From the NCBI GenBank assembly GCA_046328035.1, contig JAXLXI010000003.1, positions 73,547 through 137,546 of the forward strand: a DNA stretch of 64,000 nt, in the 5' to 3' direction. This stretch comes from Candidatus Obscuribacterales bacterium (lineage in GTDB: Bacteria > Cyanobacteriota > Vampirovibrionia > Obscuribacterales > Obscuribacteraceae). A model generated the notes under the pieces. That model had not been told where the DNA came from. It worked only from the letters and a program-made list of their open reading frames with translations, and did not search any database. Every line of letters begins with the position of its first letter. The stretch's first letter is position 1. Below are positions 17,744 to 27,590 of the stretch, one piece after another. A program made the position numbers and the translations under genes.

Positions 17744-19360
17744 ATGCGCGCTGTCGTCGGGTTGCTGGTAGGAATGCTGACTCTCGGCATCGGAATGGCT
17801 GGAACTTCGCATTGGTGTTCGCCGGCGCTGGCGACTGTTGCTTGCGTGGCAGAAGTAAAGGAAGCACCAGAGCACAAAGGTATTGTCTTCGAGCAGTTCT
17901 ATCTTCCTTGCCTGTCGCAAGCATCTTATTTGATTGGCGACACCAAATCAGGCAAGGCGATTGTTGTCGATCCTGAACGCGACATCGACAAGTACATAGA
18001 GTCGGCTCAGAAACACGGACTCAAAATCACGCACGTGTTCTTGACGCACGTGCATGCCGATTTCGTCGCCGGACACCTGGAACTGCAGCGACGCACGGGC
18101 GCGCAGGTTTGCATGGGTTCGGAAGCAAAGGCTGCGTTCAAGTTTCTTCCTTTCAAAGATGGTGACAAACTGACCTTCGACGGACTGGAGGTGCTAGCCA
18201 TTCACACACCGGGGCACACGCCGGAAGCGATATCGCTGGCGATTGTCGATAAGCAGAGTGCAACCGGCGGCGCGTCCGATAACGCAGCACCGTATGCGGT
18301 ACTGACCGGCGATGCGTTGTTCATCGGTGATGTGGGTCGCCCGGACTTGCTGGCATCGTCGGGTTATACCGACAAGCAACTGGCTGGCATGCTCTACGAG
18401 TCATTGAGAAGCAAGCTGATGAAACTGGACGATGCGGTGCTCGTCTACCCAGCGCATGGTGCAGGGTCGCTGTGCGGCAAAAATATGAGCACAGAAACTG
18501 TTTCAACCATCGGCGAGCAGAAGAAGACTAACTATGCGCTGCAAGAGATGGAGAAAGATAAGTTCATAGCGCTGGTAACTGCGGATCAACCGCCGGCACC
18601 GAAGTATTTCAGTTATGACGCCAAGCTCAACATGAGCAAACATCCCTCGCTGGAAACTGTAGTCGCTCAGAAACTTAAGCCGTTAACTCGCGAGCAACTC
18701 TTGAGACTGAAAAATGGTGGCGCACAAATATTGGATGTGCGTGAAGCCGACGACTACGCCAAGGTGCACTTCGTGGATAGCCTCAACATTCCGCTCTCAG
18801 GTCGGTTTGCTGGGTGGGCGGGAGCGTTTCTCGACCGCGAAATCCCGATTGTTTTGATCGCCCCATCTGGCAAGGAGAAACAGGCTGCGCTGCGTCTGGG
18901 CCGTGTCGGTTTCGATAACTATTCGGGATTTTTGAGTGACGCGATCGATCAGCTCTCGCTTGAAGAAGGAACGCTTGTGAAAGCGCCGCGCACAGATGCG
19001 CAACAACTGGAAAGCGAGGTTAAAGGCCAAACACCACCGGTAGTGCTGGATATTAGGACCAAAACGGAACGCGGCGAAGCGCAGATTGCTAACTCGCTGT
19101 TCATTCCGCTTATTCAGATGCAGACAAACATCGCTGACGTGCTGAAGCAACAACTCGCCGATGTTCCGAAGGACAAAGAGATTGTGGTTTACTGCGCCAC
19201 CGGGTTTCGGTCGTCCCTGGGAGCCAGTCTTTTGCGCCAGCAGGGTTTCAAGAACGTCAGCGATTTGCGTGGTGGCATCACGGCCTGGCAAAAAGCAGGA
19301 TTCCCGGTACAGACCGGAGAGTGTGCCGCGGCGGCCAAACCTGCACTGCCACCAGAGTGA
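17744..19360 (+). CDS. MBL-fold persulfide dioxygenase fused to two rhodanese domains (CstB-like)
   Basis: The metallo-beta-lactamase motif is THVHADFVAGH, followed by HTPGHTPE. The first rhodanese-like domain has no active-site Cys. The second has CATGFRSS. Confidence 0.75.
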   Translation: MRAVVGLLVGMLTLGIGMAGTSHWCSPALATVACVAEVKEAPEHKGIVFEQFYLPCLSQASYLIGDTKSGKAIVVDPERDIDKYIESAQKHGLKITHVFLTHVHADFVAGHLELQRRTGAQVCMGSEAKAAFKFLPFKDGDKLTFDGLEVLAIHTPGHTPEAISLAIVDKQSATGGASDNAAPYAVLTGDALFIGDVGRPDLLASSGYTDKQLAGMLYESLRSKLMKLDDAVLVYPAHGAGSLCGKNMSTETVSTIGEQKKTNYALQEMEKDKFIALVTADQPPAPKYFSYDAKLNMSKHPSLETVVAQKLKPLTREQLLRLKNGGAQILDVREADDYAKVHFVDSLNIPLSGRFAGWAGAFLDREIPIVLIAPSGKEKQAALRLGRVGFDNYSGFLSDAIDQLSLEEGTLVKAPRTDAQQLESEVKGQTPPVVLDIRTKTERGEAQIANSLFIPLIQMQTNIADVLKQQLADVPKDKEIVVYCATGFRSSLGASLLRQQGFKNVSDLRGGITAWQKAGFPVQTGECAAAAKPALPPE

Positions 19361-19371
19361 GACGTTGATGC

Positions 19372-20598
19372 ATGGATGAGCTGCTCGGCGCTCGATTAGA
19401 TAGGCGTGCATTTCTGAGAATCGCTGCGCTCGCCGGTACAGCAGCGTCTGGACTGGCCGGCTGTGTAGAACGCGCCGAGAAGTCGCTAATTCACGTGCCG
19501 GCGGGGCAAACTGTCGCGCGGTTTCCTGAGAAAGCGCAGTTGATCATGCTCACCGATCGGCCGCCGCAGTTGGAAACGCCGCTTTACTATTTCAAGGAAA
19601 TGCTGACACCAAACGATGCATTCTTTGTGCGGTGGCACTATGCGGGCATTCAAACCAGCATCGACCCAAAGAGTTTCACCTTGAGCGTCAACGGGCTGGT
19701 AGGAAACCCGATCTCGCTCGGGATGGAAGAGTTGCGCAAGCAGTTCGACCCAACAACGATCACCGCTGTCTGCCAGTGTTCCGGCAACTCTCGCAGCCGC
19801 ATGCTCCCACCAGTGCCCGGCGGGCAGTGGGGTGAGGGCGCCATGGGCAACGCACGCTGGACCGGAGTGCGGTTGAAGGATTTGCTGAAGAAAGCCGGCA
19901 TCAAATCTGGTGCGGTCGAAGTCGCATTTGCCGGCACTGACGAGGCACCACTTTCCAACATGCCGAAGTTTTGCAAGTCGCTTAAAGTCGACCACGCTTT
20001 ATCGGGCGAGGTGTTGGTCGCCTATGAAATGAACGGTGCACCGCTGCCGGTGCTCAATGGATTCCCGTTGCGCCTGGTGGTGCCTGGTTGGTATGCGACG
20101 TACTGGGTAAAGGCGCTGACCGAGATAACGGTCTTGCCGGAAACGCTGGATAGTTTCTGGATGAAAACCGCATATCGCATTCCGAACAATGCCACCGCCA
20201 ATGAATTGCCGAAGACACTGGCGACCGACACCGTCCCCATCAACAAGCTCAACCTGCGGTCGATATTCGTGGTACCTGAAATGAACGCCACAGTTTCCTC
20301 CGGCGAGCAAATCCAGTGTCAGGGAATTGCATTCGATGCCGGATCCGGCATAAAGCAGGTTGATGTATCCACCGACGGCGGCAATACATTTATGCCTGCA
20401 ACTCTGGTTGGACCAGACCTGGGCAACTACAGCTGGAGGCAGTGGCGTTTTGATTGGCGTCCGGACAGGGTCGGCAAGCACACACTCGCCGTCCGCGCCA
20501 CCAGCAACTCGGGCGCCGTGCAGACCAACATACCCCACTGGAATCGCAGTGGATACATGCGAAACGTAATCGAGAAAGTGGAGGTCAAAGTCGTTTGA
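19372..20598 (+). CDS. Sulfite-oxidase-family molybdopterin enzyme, SorA-like catalytic subunit with a Tat signal
   Basis: The twin-arginine motif is RRAFLRIAALAGTAASG. The Mo-Cys loop is CQCSGNSRSR. A C-terminal dimerisation-like domain is present. Confidence 0.7.
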   Translation: MDELLGARLDRRAFLRIAALAGTAASGLAGCVERAEKSLIHVPAGQTVARFPEKAQLIMLTDRPPQLETPLYYFKEMLTPNDAFFVRWHYAGIQTSIDPKSFTLSVNGLVGNPISLGMEELRKQFDPTTITAVCQCSGNSRSRMLPPVPGGQWGEGAMGNARWTGVRLKDLLKKAGIKSGAVEVAFAGTDEAPLSNMPKFCKSLKVDHALSGEVLVAYEMNGAPLPVLNGFPLRLVVPGWYATYWVKALTEITVLPETLDSFWMKTAYRIPNNATANELPKTLATDTVPINKLNLRSIFVVPEMNATVSSGEQIQCQGIAFDAGSGIKQVDVSTDGGNTFMPATLVGPDLGNYSWRQWRFDWRPDRVGKHTLAVRATSNSGAVQTNIPHWNRSGYMRNVIEKVEVKVV

Positions 20599-20987
20599 AC
20601 CTCCGACAGCCGCTTCTTCCCATAGCTGTTTTCACCGTGCTGATGTTATCGGCATGTTCAAGCACTAGAACCGCCGGTACTGCTCCGGTGGCGCCCGATG
20701 CTCACGCAAATGTGCCGGCAGACTACATGGAAGCACGTAATGTCCAGTTCCCCGTAGATCAAGGCGTCTTCCCGCAGGTGAAGGGCTACGATAAGTTTGC
20801 CGCCTCCTGCACTATTTGCCATTCGCTGCGTTATATCGAGATGCAGCCGAATTTCCCAAAGACTACATGGGCAAAGGTTGTGCATAAGATGGTCACCACT
20901 TACGGTGCACCTATATCCGATGCCGACGCCGCCGAAATCATTGATTATCTGGCTACTATTAAAGGAAAGCCGGAGGCGCCGAAATGA
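20595..20987 (+). CDS. Mono-heme cytochrome c, SorB-like electron-acceptor subunit
   Basis: The TTG start at 20595 overlaps the upstream stop and has GGAGG 9 nt upstream. It has a lipoprotein-like signal peptide. The single CxxCH motif is CTICH. Confidence 0.65.
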   Translation: MNLRQPLLPIAVFTVLMLSACSSTRTAGTAPVAPDAHANVPADYMEARNVQFPVDQGVFPQVKGYDKFAASCTICHSLRYIEMQPNFPKTTWAKVVHKMVTTYGAPISDADAAEIIDYLATIKGKPEAPK

Positions 20988-23620
20988 CTCATCAGGCAGA
21001 GGGCAATTTCGACTCGCCACCGATTGCTACCGGGCTGATACGCGCTCACGGCATAGCAGCATTTGTGATGCTGGCGCTGGTCGCCACATTCGGCGTTCTC
21101 GCCGCGATGAAATTGCATTCGCCTGATGTAGCCGCCAACAGCGCGGCAATGACCTGGGGACGCATCCGCTATAGCCACACGCAAGCGGTATTCTTTGGAT
21201 GGCTCGGCAACGCTTTCTTGATGTTTCTCTATCACGCAGTGCCCAGGCTGGCGCGCCGTCCGATCACAAGCCCTAAGCTGGGATGGTTCCTTTTCGCACT
21301 CTGGAATTGCGCCACTGTCGGCGGCTTAGTGCTGATGTTGATGGGACATAGCCAGGCTCTGGAATGGGCGGAGTTTCCTCTGGTCATCGATGGCGTAATC
21401 GTGCTTTCGTTTGCGCTCATGGTGGCACAATTTGTGGTACCGCTTTTGCGCTCGCGGTTGCACGAATTGTTTGTTTCCGGCTGGTACATACTGGGTGGCT
21501 TGATATTCACATTGCTCGCCTACCCGGTCGGCAATCTCGTGCCAGAGCTTCTTCCTGGCGCTCAGGGAGCTGCATTTAGTGGTCTGTGGATCCACGACGC
21601 GATCGGACTCTATGTGACACCGCTGGTGTTGTCGATTGCTTACTTTGTCATTCCTGCCGTCAGCAAACGCCCTATATTCAGCCACTTCTATTCGATGCTC
21701 GGTTTTTGGCTGTTGTTCTTCGTCTATCCGCTGAACGGCACGCACCACTATGTTTTCTCGGCACTGCCCATGGAGGCGCAGACGGGTGCCATCATCGCCT
21801 CGGTCATTCTTGGCATCGACGTAATTATCGTCGTGTCCAACCTGCTCCTCTCGATGCGCAAAGCCGAAATACGCGGCAGCCTCCCGCTCCTGTTTGTAAA
21901 AACCGGAACCATCGCTTATCTGATCGTCAGCCTGCAAGGCTCAATGCAAGCCTTGATGCCCGTCAACAAATTGCTGCACTTCTCAGATTGGGTTATTGGA
22001 CACTCGCACCTGGCCATGCTGGGATTCGCCACCTTCACCACCATCGGTGGCATGGCCTACGTGTGGCAAGCGACCCCGGAGATGAAGTTCAATTCGCGAG
22101 TTTTCAAATACTGCTATTGGCTGTTGCTGGTCGGCTTGCTCTGGATGGTTGTCGACCTCAGCATCGCCGGCGTGGTGCAGGCACAACTCTGGCAGGATGG
22201 ACTGCCGTGGCTTGAGTCTCTGCGCGCATCCAGGCAATACTGGGTGTGGCGCACATGGTCGGCAGTGCCTCTGATCGCCGGATTTGTTCTGCTATTCGTC
22301 TCGTTTTTCACGGGCAACAAAACTGCGGTTGACGAAGGTGCTGAACGAGCGAGCGACGCAATCTTCACCGCATCGGAAACACCTCCTCCGCACTCAACTC
22401 ATCCCTGGTTACGCATGGCGTATCTCAGCGCCTTCGCAGCCGGCTTTGGGTTGTTCGTGTTTTCTTTTGCCTTGCTCGGTATCGCTCCCGGTCTTGCGTT
22501 GGCGCAGCAAATCAAACTCACCAAGCCACCTGACATGGTGCCGCTGACTGCGCAGGAAGAACATGGAAGAAACATTTACGCCCGCGAGGGCTGTGGCTAC
22601 TGTCACACGCAACAGGTGCGTTTCGTCCTGGCGGACGCCAAACGATTTGGTGCCCCGACGCGCGCATGGGAAACCACCTTCGACTACCCGCAACTCTGGG
22701 GCACCAGACGGATAGGACCGGACCTGGCACGTGAAGGTTCGGTGCGCAGCGATGACTGGCAGCGAGTCCATCTATTCAATCCGCGGCTGGTGGTGGCACA
22801 ATCGAACATGCCCCGCTATCCCTGGTTGTTCGATGGCTCGGCCGCCTTGCCGAATAAAGATGGGCAAGCGTTGCTGGCGTATGTAAAAACCCTGGGACGC
22901 GCTCGCATGATGTCTGGTAATGCAAATGCCGGTCCCCTACCTGGATGCAACTGCCCGGATGAGGTGCGAGACCTCGAGAGTCCCGACGTTCCGCTCAATA
23001 CAAATGCCAACATGGCAATCAACAATGTCACATACGCGCCGCCGACCGGTACCGGCGCACCCGACGCTGGTCGAGGCGGCACTCTCTTCAAACAGAACTG
23101 CGCATCCTGCCACGGATACTCCGGCGAGGGAGATGGCGATGCCGCAGCACTGCTTTTGCCCAAGCCCGCCGATCTCGCCGCCAAAAACCTCTCGCACGAC
23201 CGCATCGGCAACGCCATACTCAATGGCGTGCCTGGAACCGCGATGCCAGCATGGCGCGATCTGCCACCAGGTCAAATCGAGGATTTGATCGCGTTTGTGC
23301 AGACTTTGTCGCCGGCGCGAAGCGCGTCACCGGATGGGCCGTTACCTAACGTCGCTATGAACATTTCAGGTGGTAGGCTGTTCGCCCAAAACTGCGTGTC
23401 GTGTCATGGAGTGAGAGGCGACGGCAATGGTCCGGCTGCTGCCACGCTGCCGCGCCGTCCTCCGAGTTTCCTCACTGATCGACCAACGCAAGAATACGCC
23501 GAGCAGGTCATTGCCAACGGTGTCCCGGGAACATCGATGCCACCCTGGACGTTGCGCCTCACACAACAAGAGCGTGCCGACCTGGCAACTTACGTCCGGT
23601 CGCTCTACGTCCCAAAATAG
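20984..23620 (+). CDS. ccoNOP: cbb3-type cytochrome c oxidase with CcoN, CcoO and CcoP fused in one polypeptide
   Basis: The CcoN motif NGTHHYVFSALP matches GPHHLHYTALP, and HSHLAMLGF is present. The CcoO-like CGYCH follows, then two further CxxCH motifs, CASCH and CVSCH, for CcoP. The start overlaps the upstream stop as ATGA. Confidence 0.8.
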   Translation: MTHQAEGNFDSPPIATGLIRAHGIAAFVMLALVATFGVLAAMKLHSPDVAANSAAMTWGRIRYSHTQAVFFGWLGNAFLMFLYHAVPRLARRPITSPKLGWFLFALWNCATVGGLVLMLMGHSQALEWAEFPLVIDGVIVLSFALMVAQFVVPLLRSRLHELFVSGWYILGGLIFTLLAYPVGNLVPELLPGAQGAAFSGLWIHDAIGLYVTPLVLSIAYFVIPAVSKRPIFSHFYSMLGFWLLFFVYPLNGTHHYVFSALPMEAQTGAIIASVILGIDVIIVVSNLLLSMRKAEIRGSLPLLFVKTGTIAYLIVSLQGSMQALMPVNKLLHFSDWVIGHSHLAMLGFATFTTIGGMAYVWQATPEMKFNSRVFKYCYWLLLVGLLWMVVDLSIAGVVQAQLWQDGLPWLESLRASRQYWVWRTWSAVPLIAGFVLLFVSFFTGNKTAVDEGAERASDAIFTASETPPPHSTHPWLRMAYLSAFAAGFGLFVFSFALLGIAPGLALAQQIKLTKPPDMVPLTAQEEHGRNIYAREGCGYCHTQQVRFVLADAKRFGAPTRAWETTFDYPQLWGTRRIGPDLAREGSVRSDDWQRVHLFNPRLVVAQSNMPRYPWLFDGSAALPNKDGQALLAYVKTLGRARMMSGNANAGPLPGCNCPDEVRDLESPDVPLNTNANMAINNVTYAPPTGTGAPDAGRGGTLFKQNCASCHGYSGEGDGDAAALLLPKPADLAAKNLSHDRIGNAILNGVPGTAMPAWRDLPPGQIEDLIAFVQTLSPARSASPDGPLPNVAMNISGGRLFAQNCVSCHGVRGDGNGPAAATLPRRPPSFLTDRPTQEYAEQVIANGVPGTSMPPWTLRLTQQERADLATYVRSLYVPK

Positions 23621-23630
23621 GTAGAGTCCT

Positions 23631-24539
23631 TTACGAGCTTTCGCGGCGCTTGAGCGCTTCGAGTTCTTCGAGGGTGCGTGGCCAGTCTGACTTGAGGATG
23701 CGCGACAGACTTCGATCGGCGAGAAGCACGCCTTCGGTCTGACACCGCGGGCAGTAGTTTGTTTCGTTGTCAGCGTAGCGAATGCGTTGAATGAGTTCCC
23801 CACATACTGGACATGGCTTTTGATATTTGCCATGGGCCGCCATGTCGGGACGAAAGGCGGTCACCTTTTCGGGAAACTTCTTTTCCGCCTCGGCGCACAA
23901 TCTATCCATCCACATCTGCAGCGATGATTTGCATGTGTCGTAGAGTCGCTGCCACTGTTCGTCCGTCAATTTGTGCGTACGCGCAATCGGGGACAACTTC
24001 GCCGCATGGAGAATTTCGTCCGAATAAGCATTACCAATGCCGCTGATGATACGCGGATCGGTGAGCGCGCGCTTCAAGGTACGATTCTCTACGAACAGCG
24101 CCGCACGAAACGCCGGCAGATCGCAAGCAAACACATCGATGCCGCCAGGATCGATTGCCGTCAAGGCATCCTGTCCATGGAAGAAATGCAGAGACGCCCG
24201 GTGTTTCGACCCAGCTTCCGTAAATACGAGCGACCCATCGGGGAAGTCGAACGCCGCCAGGTTCTGCCTTCCGCCAAGCGCGGCGCCCTTGCTTCTCCAA
24301 TGCAAGCGCCCCGCGATCATCAGATGCAGCACCAACCAATAATCGCCCTCCAGCCCGATCGCAATGCGCTTGCCGATGCGGCGCAGTTCCCGCACTATAC
24401 GCCCCTCCGCCTGCTCAATCGGCGGCTCGGCCGTCCTCAGTAAAAACACGCTGGCCAACCGCACCTGTTCGAGCGGCTTGCCGAGAACGCGCGGCTCGAG
24501 CGCGTGCATATAGGCTGCGATGTCGGGCAACTCAGGCAT
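23631..24539 (-). CDS. Fpg/Nei family DNA glycosylase
   Basis: The N-terminus is MPELPDI. There is a Lys/Glu catalytic region. The C-terminal zinc finger is CPVCG...CPRC. Confidence 0.8.
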   Translation of the reverse strand: MPELPDIAAYMHALEPRVLGKPLEQVRLASVFLLRTAEPPIEQAEGRIVRELRRIGKRIAIGLEGDYWLVLHLMIAGRLHWRSKGAALGGRQNLAAFDFPDGSLVFTEAGSKHRASLHFFHGQDALTAIDPGGIDVFACDLPAFRAALFVENRTLKRALTDPRIISGIGNAYSDEILHAAKLSPIARTHKLTDEQWQRLYDTCKSSLQMWMDRLCAEAEKKFPEKVTAFRPDMAAHGKYQKPCPVCGELIQRIRYADNETNYCPRCQTEGVLLADRSLSRILKSDWPRTLEELEALKRRESS

Positions 24540-24546
24540 GCGTCAA

Positions 24547-25575
24547 TTAACTCTCTTCCTCATAGATTTCGCAAGCGTTGGAAGAATGACAGTGATCCTC
24601 AATGGCATCTTCCTCCGCCTCTTCTTCTTTGAATTCGATTTGATACTGCAAGAATGATAGAAGGTCGGCGCCCACGAATTCGCGGTTGTCAGTTTCGTGA
24701 TCCCAGCGATAGACACGTCCGCCGATTTGCCCATCGATGATTGGAAATCCATAGAGATCGCCATTGCCCTCTTCACCGAAAAAGTACATCGATTCAAACG
24801 ACAGATAAAAGCCTTCGTTTTTGTGGTGCGCAGCCCGCAAACGTTGCGCCGCGTTTAATTCGAACAGTTTCTCCAGAGGAAACACCGTCCACCATCCGTC
24901 CTGAATGCCGTCGCTAAATAAATAGATGGCTTTCGCTTCTGGTGGCAGCTGCAAACCAGTTGCATTCTCGAAGTCGGCAAGTTGCTTCTCGGTCACTGCC
25001 TCACGAATGTCAAAGAATTGCTTGAGCTTGCCAGCAATTTCGTCCACAGATCCGACCGGGCAGCGATTGAACACGGCATCGGCATCGAAAACCCAATTCG
25101 TTTGGCGGGCCGCCTTCGAGGTGGCCAGGACTCGCTCGAAATAGCTGCCCAGACATACTGCCAGCACTTCGCGGTTATCGGACTTCGGGCACCACTGCAC
25201 AACTTGCTGGTCGATCTCGAACGGTAAAACTCTAAACCCGAGTAAATTGCCATTCGGGGCCGATGCGAAAAACAGCAAATGCTCGAACGGCATGCATACC
25301 GCGTGCAGCTTTCCGTCGTTGCGCATTTCGTGATTGGTGGCACGGATGCGTTCCAGCGACCAGAGCAATTCTTCGCCACCAGCCCCGGTCACCCCGTCGG
25401 CACAAACAAGCAGATCGACCAGCTCCGCCGGCAGTGTCAGCCCCAGCTCTTTCTCGTATGCGGCAAGATCATCGACAGATACGGGCGGCGACAGATGCGC
25501 CTTCTGAGTTTCGAACGCCTCGACTACATTTGACAAGCACGACTTATGCGCGGCACCGTGTTCGCGTTTCTTCAT
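24547..25575 (-). CDS. Tandem SMI1/KNR4 (SUKH-1) domain protein, immunity-protein-like
   Basis: Two repeats of the SUKH motif are present: LAAYEKELGLTLPAELVDLL..DG and LADFENATGLQLPPEAKAIYLFSDG. Confidence 0.6.
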   Translation of the reverse strand: MKKREHGAAHKSCLSNVVEAFETQKAHLSPPVSVDDLAAYEKELGLTLPAELVDLLVCADGVTGAGGEELLWSLERIRATNHEMRNDGKLHAVCMPFEHLLFFASAPNGNLLGFRVLPFEIDQQVVQWCPKSDNREVLAVCLGSYFERVLATSKAARQTNWVFDADAVFNRCPVGSVDEIAGKLKQFFDIREAVTEKQLADFENATGLQLPPEAKAIYLFSDGIQDGWWTVFPLEKLFELNAAQRLRAAHHKNEGFYLSFESMYFFGEEGNGDLYGFPIIDGQIGGRVYRWDHETDNREFVGADLLSFLQYQIEFKEEEAEEDAIEDHCHSSNACEIYEEES

Positions 25576-25587
25576 CGGCTCTAGTTC

Positions 25588-27444
25588 TCAGTTGTTACTG
25601 GATTGCTGGCGCTTCGACGCGATCCACAGCGCAATCTGCGCCCGCAGCACATCGAGCGGCACAGTTCCATTCGCCAGTACCGCATCGTGAAATTCCCGCA
25701 CATCAAACTGGTCGCCCAGTTCTTTCTTAGCCTGCTGGCGCAGCTCCTTAATCGTCATCTGCCCGATCTTGTACGCAGTCGCCTGCCCCGGCCAGACAAT
25801 ATACCTGTCGACCTCGACGTTGATGTCGTGTTCTGTCTTGCTGGAGTTTTCTCTGAAATAATCCACCGCCTGCTGACGCGTCCAGCCCATCGAATGAATG
25901 CCTGTGTCCAGCACCAACCTGATTGCACGCCACATTTCGTAAGTCAACTGACCATACCTGGAGTACGGATCTTTGTACATATCCAGGTCGCCGCCCAGAC
26001 TCTCGGCATATAGTCCCCACCCTTCGCCGAACGCGTTGTAGCCTTCATGTCGGCGAAATTCGGGTACGCCCTCCATCTCTTCCGCCAGAGCAATCTGCAA
26101 GTGATGCCCGGGCACCGCTTCGTGCAGCGTGAGCGCTTCCATCTCCCACTTCGGTCGCGTCTTCAAGTTGTATGTGTTAGCGAAGAACACACCAGCGCGC
26201 CCAGCCTCCACCGAACCCGGACGATAGTATGCTGTCGGTTGCGCGCGCTCAGAAAACGCAGGCACCGCTTGCACTCCATATTGCAAACGCGGCAACTTAC
26301 CAAACTGCTTCATCAATTGCGGATCGATGCGCTTGGCGATGTCGCGATAGGCTGCCACCAGTTCATCCGAGTTGGAATAGAAGAACTTCGGGTCGGTGCG
26401 CAGGTACTTGGAGAAGTCTTGCAGATTGCCTTTGAAACCAGTCTCGGCAATCAGCTTATCCATTTCGCCGCGAATGCGCTTCACTTCATCGAGACCGCGC
26501 TGATGGATCTCCGCCGCCGAAAGGTTGGTCGTAGTGTTGGAACGCAGGTTGAAGGCATACCAGGCTTTGCCGTTGGGCAGGTCGCTCAATGCCAGCGTTT
26601 CACGCGTCTTCGGATAGTACTCCTCGGTGAAGAAGGTGTACAGCTTCTGATAAGAGGGTTTGATACTGGTGGTGTATATGGTGGCTGCCGACTCTTTTAA
26701 GCGCTTGCGGTCGGCTTCGCCTATTTCGGCAGGAAACTTTTTGAACGGTTCGAGGAGCGGGCTCGCCATCGGGTCGTCAACAATTTGATCCTTGATCTGC
26801 TGCGGAACATCCTTGAGCGTCACCTTCGGCGGCGTGAGTCCGGCTTTCAATCCAGCCTTCATCAGATCGATCTGCTGATCGATGACGGTCGGAACTCCCT
26901 TCAACCGCGAGATAATGTCTTCGTAGTCCTTGACCGATGTGGTCGGATTTTGCGCAATAGTGTTGGCAGGACTTTCCTGCGGTCCATTCAATTGATTCAA
27001 CGGCATCAACTCGTCGGGAAACTGTCGCCCCTCCAATTCGAGGGATAATCCATATTCGAACATGTCGTAATTGAGCTGGTCCGCCTTGGATAGTTTCGTC
27101 CTGTCAATGCTCTTGAGCGCCTTCATAGGGGCTTCCAATTCGCGCTTGCGTCTCTCGATCGCGGACAGCGAATCATCGGTCCACTTACCGTTTTGTCCAG
27201 GATAACCAACAGCGGTTGCCCAGTCGGGATTCTCCTTCATTTTGTAGGACCAGCAAGCATCGAATATCTTCCAGAGGCGGTCGTGCTCGGACTTGCTGTC
27301 GGTCGCGGTGCCCGCAGCGATACCAGCCATGGTGCGCTCAAAATCGGTCTGCTCAGCCGCCACCACCGATGCACCACCCAGCAGACTGAGGACAGCTACC
27401 GCCACCACCATCTGTGCCAGTCGACTCTTCTTCTTGGATCGCAT
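25588..27444 (-). CDS. DUF885 family secreted putative metallopeptidase
   Basis: It has a signal peptide. It carries the hallmark HEAVPGHHLQ. Confidence 0.7.
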   Translation of the reverse strand: MRSKKKSRLAQMVVAVAVLSLLGGASVVAAEQTDFERTMAGIAAGTATDSKSEHDRLWKIFDACWSYKMKENPDWATAVGYPGQNGKWTDDSLSAIERRKRELEAPMKALKSIDRTKLSKADQLNYDMFEYGLSLELEGRQFPDELMPLNQLNGPQESPANTIAQNPTTSVKDYEDIISRLKGVPTVIDQQIDLMKAGLKAGLTPPKVTLKDVPQQIKDQIVDDPMASPLLEPFKKFPAEIGEADRKRLKESAATIYTTSIKPSYQKLYTFFTEEYYPKTRETLALSDLPNGKAWYAFNLRSNTTTNLSAAEIHQRGLDEVKRIRGEMDKLIAETGFKGNLQDFSKYLRTDPKFFYSNSDELVAAYRDIAKRIDPQLMKQFGKLPRLQYGVQAVPAFSERAQPTAYYRPGSVEAGRAGVFFANTYNLKTRPKWEMEALTLHEAVPGHHLQIALAEEMEGVPEFRRHEGYNAFGEGWGLYAESLGGDLDMYKDPYSRYGQLTYEMWRAIRLVLDTGIHSMGWTRQQAVDYFRENSSKTEHDINVEVDRYIVWPGQATAYKIGQMTIKELRQQAKKELGDQFDVREFHDAVLANGTVPLDVLRAQIALWIASKRQQSSNN

Positions 27445-27590
27445 TTCCAATTCGCTCCACACGCACCTAGACAATTGCGACATTATAGAAGATGGGACTC
27501 CTGACTTCCTCATCAGTCGACAGTCGACAGGTCGGTTAACATAGGAGCGATAAGCGCGGCGCCGGCAAGACAGCCAAGTTACCAGTAGCA

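Noticed and set aside
19999-20538. 179-aa minus-strand ORF
   Set aside because: It is antisense to the SorA-like gene.
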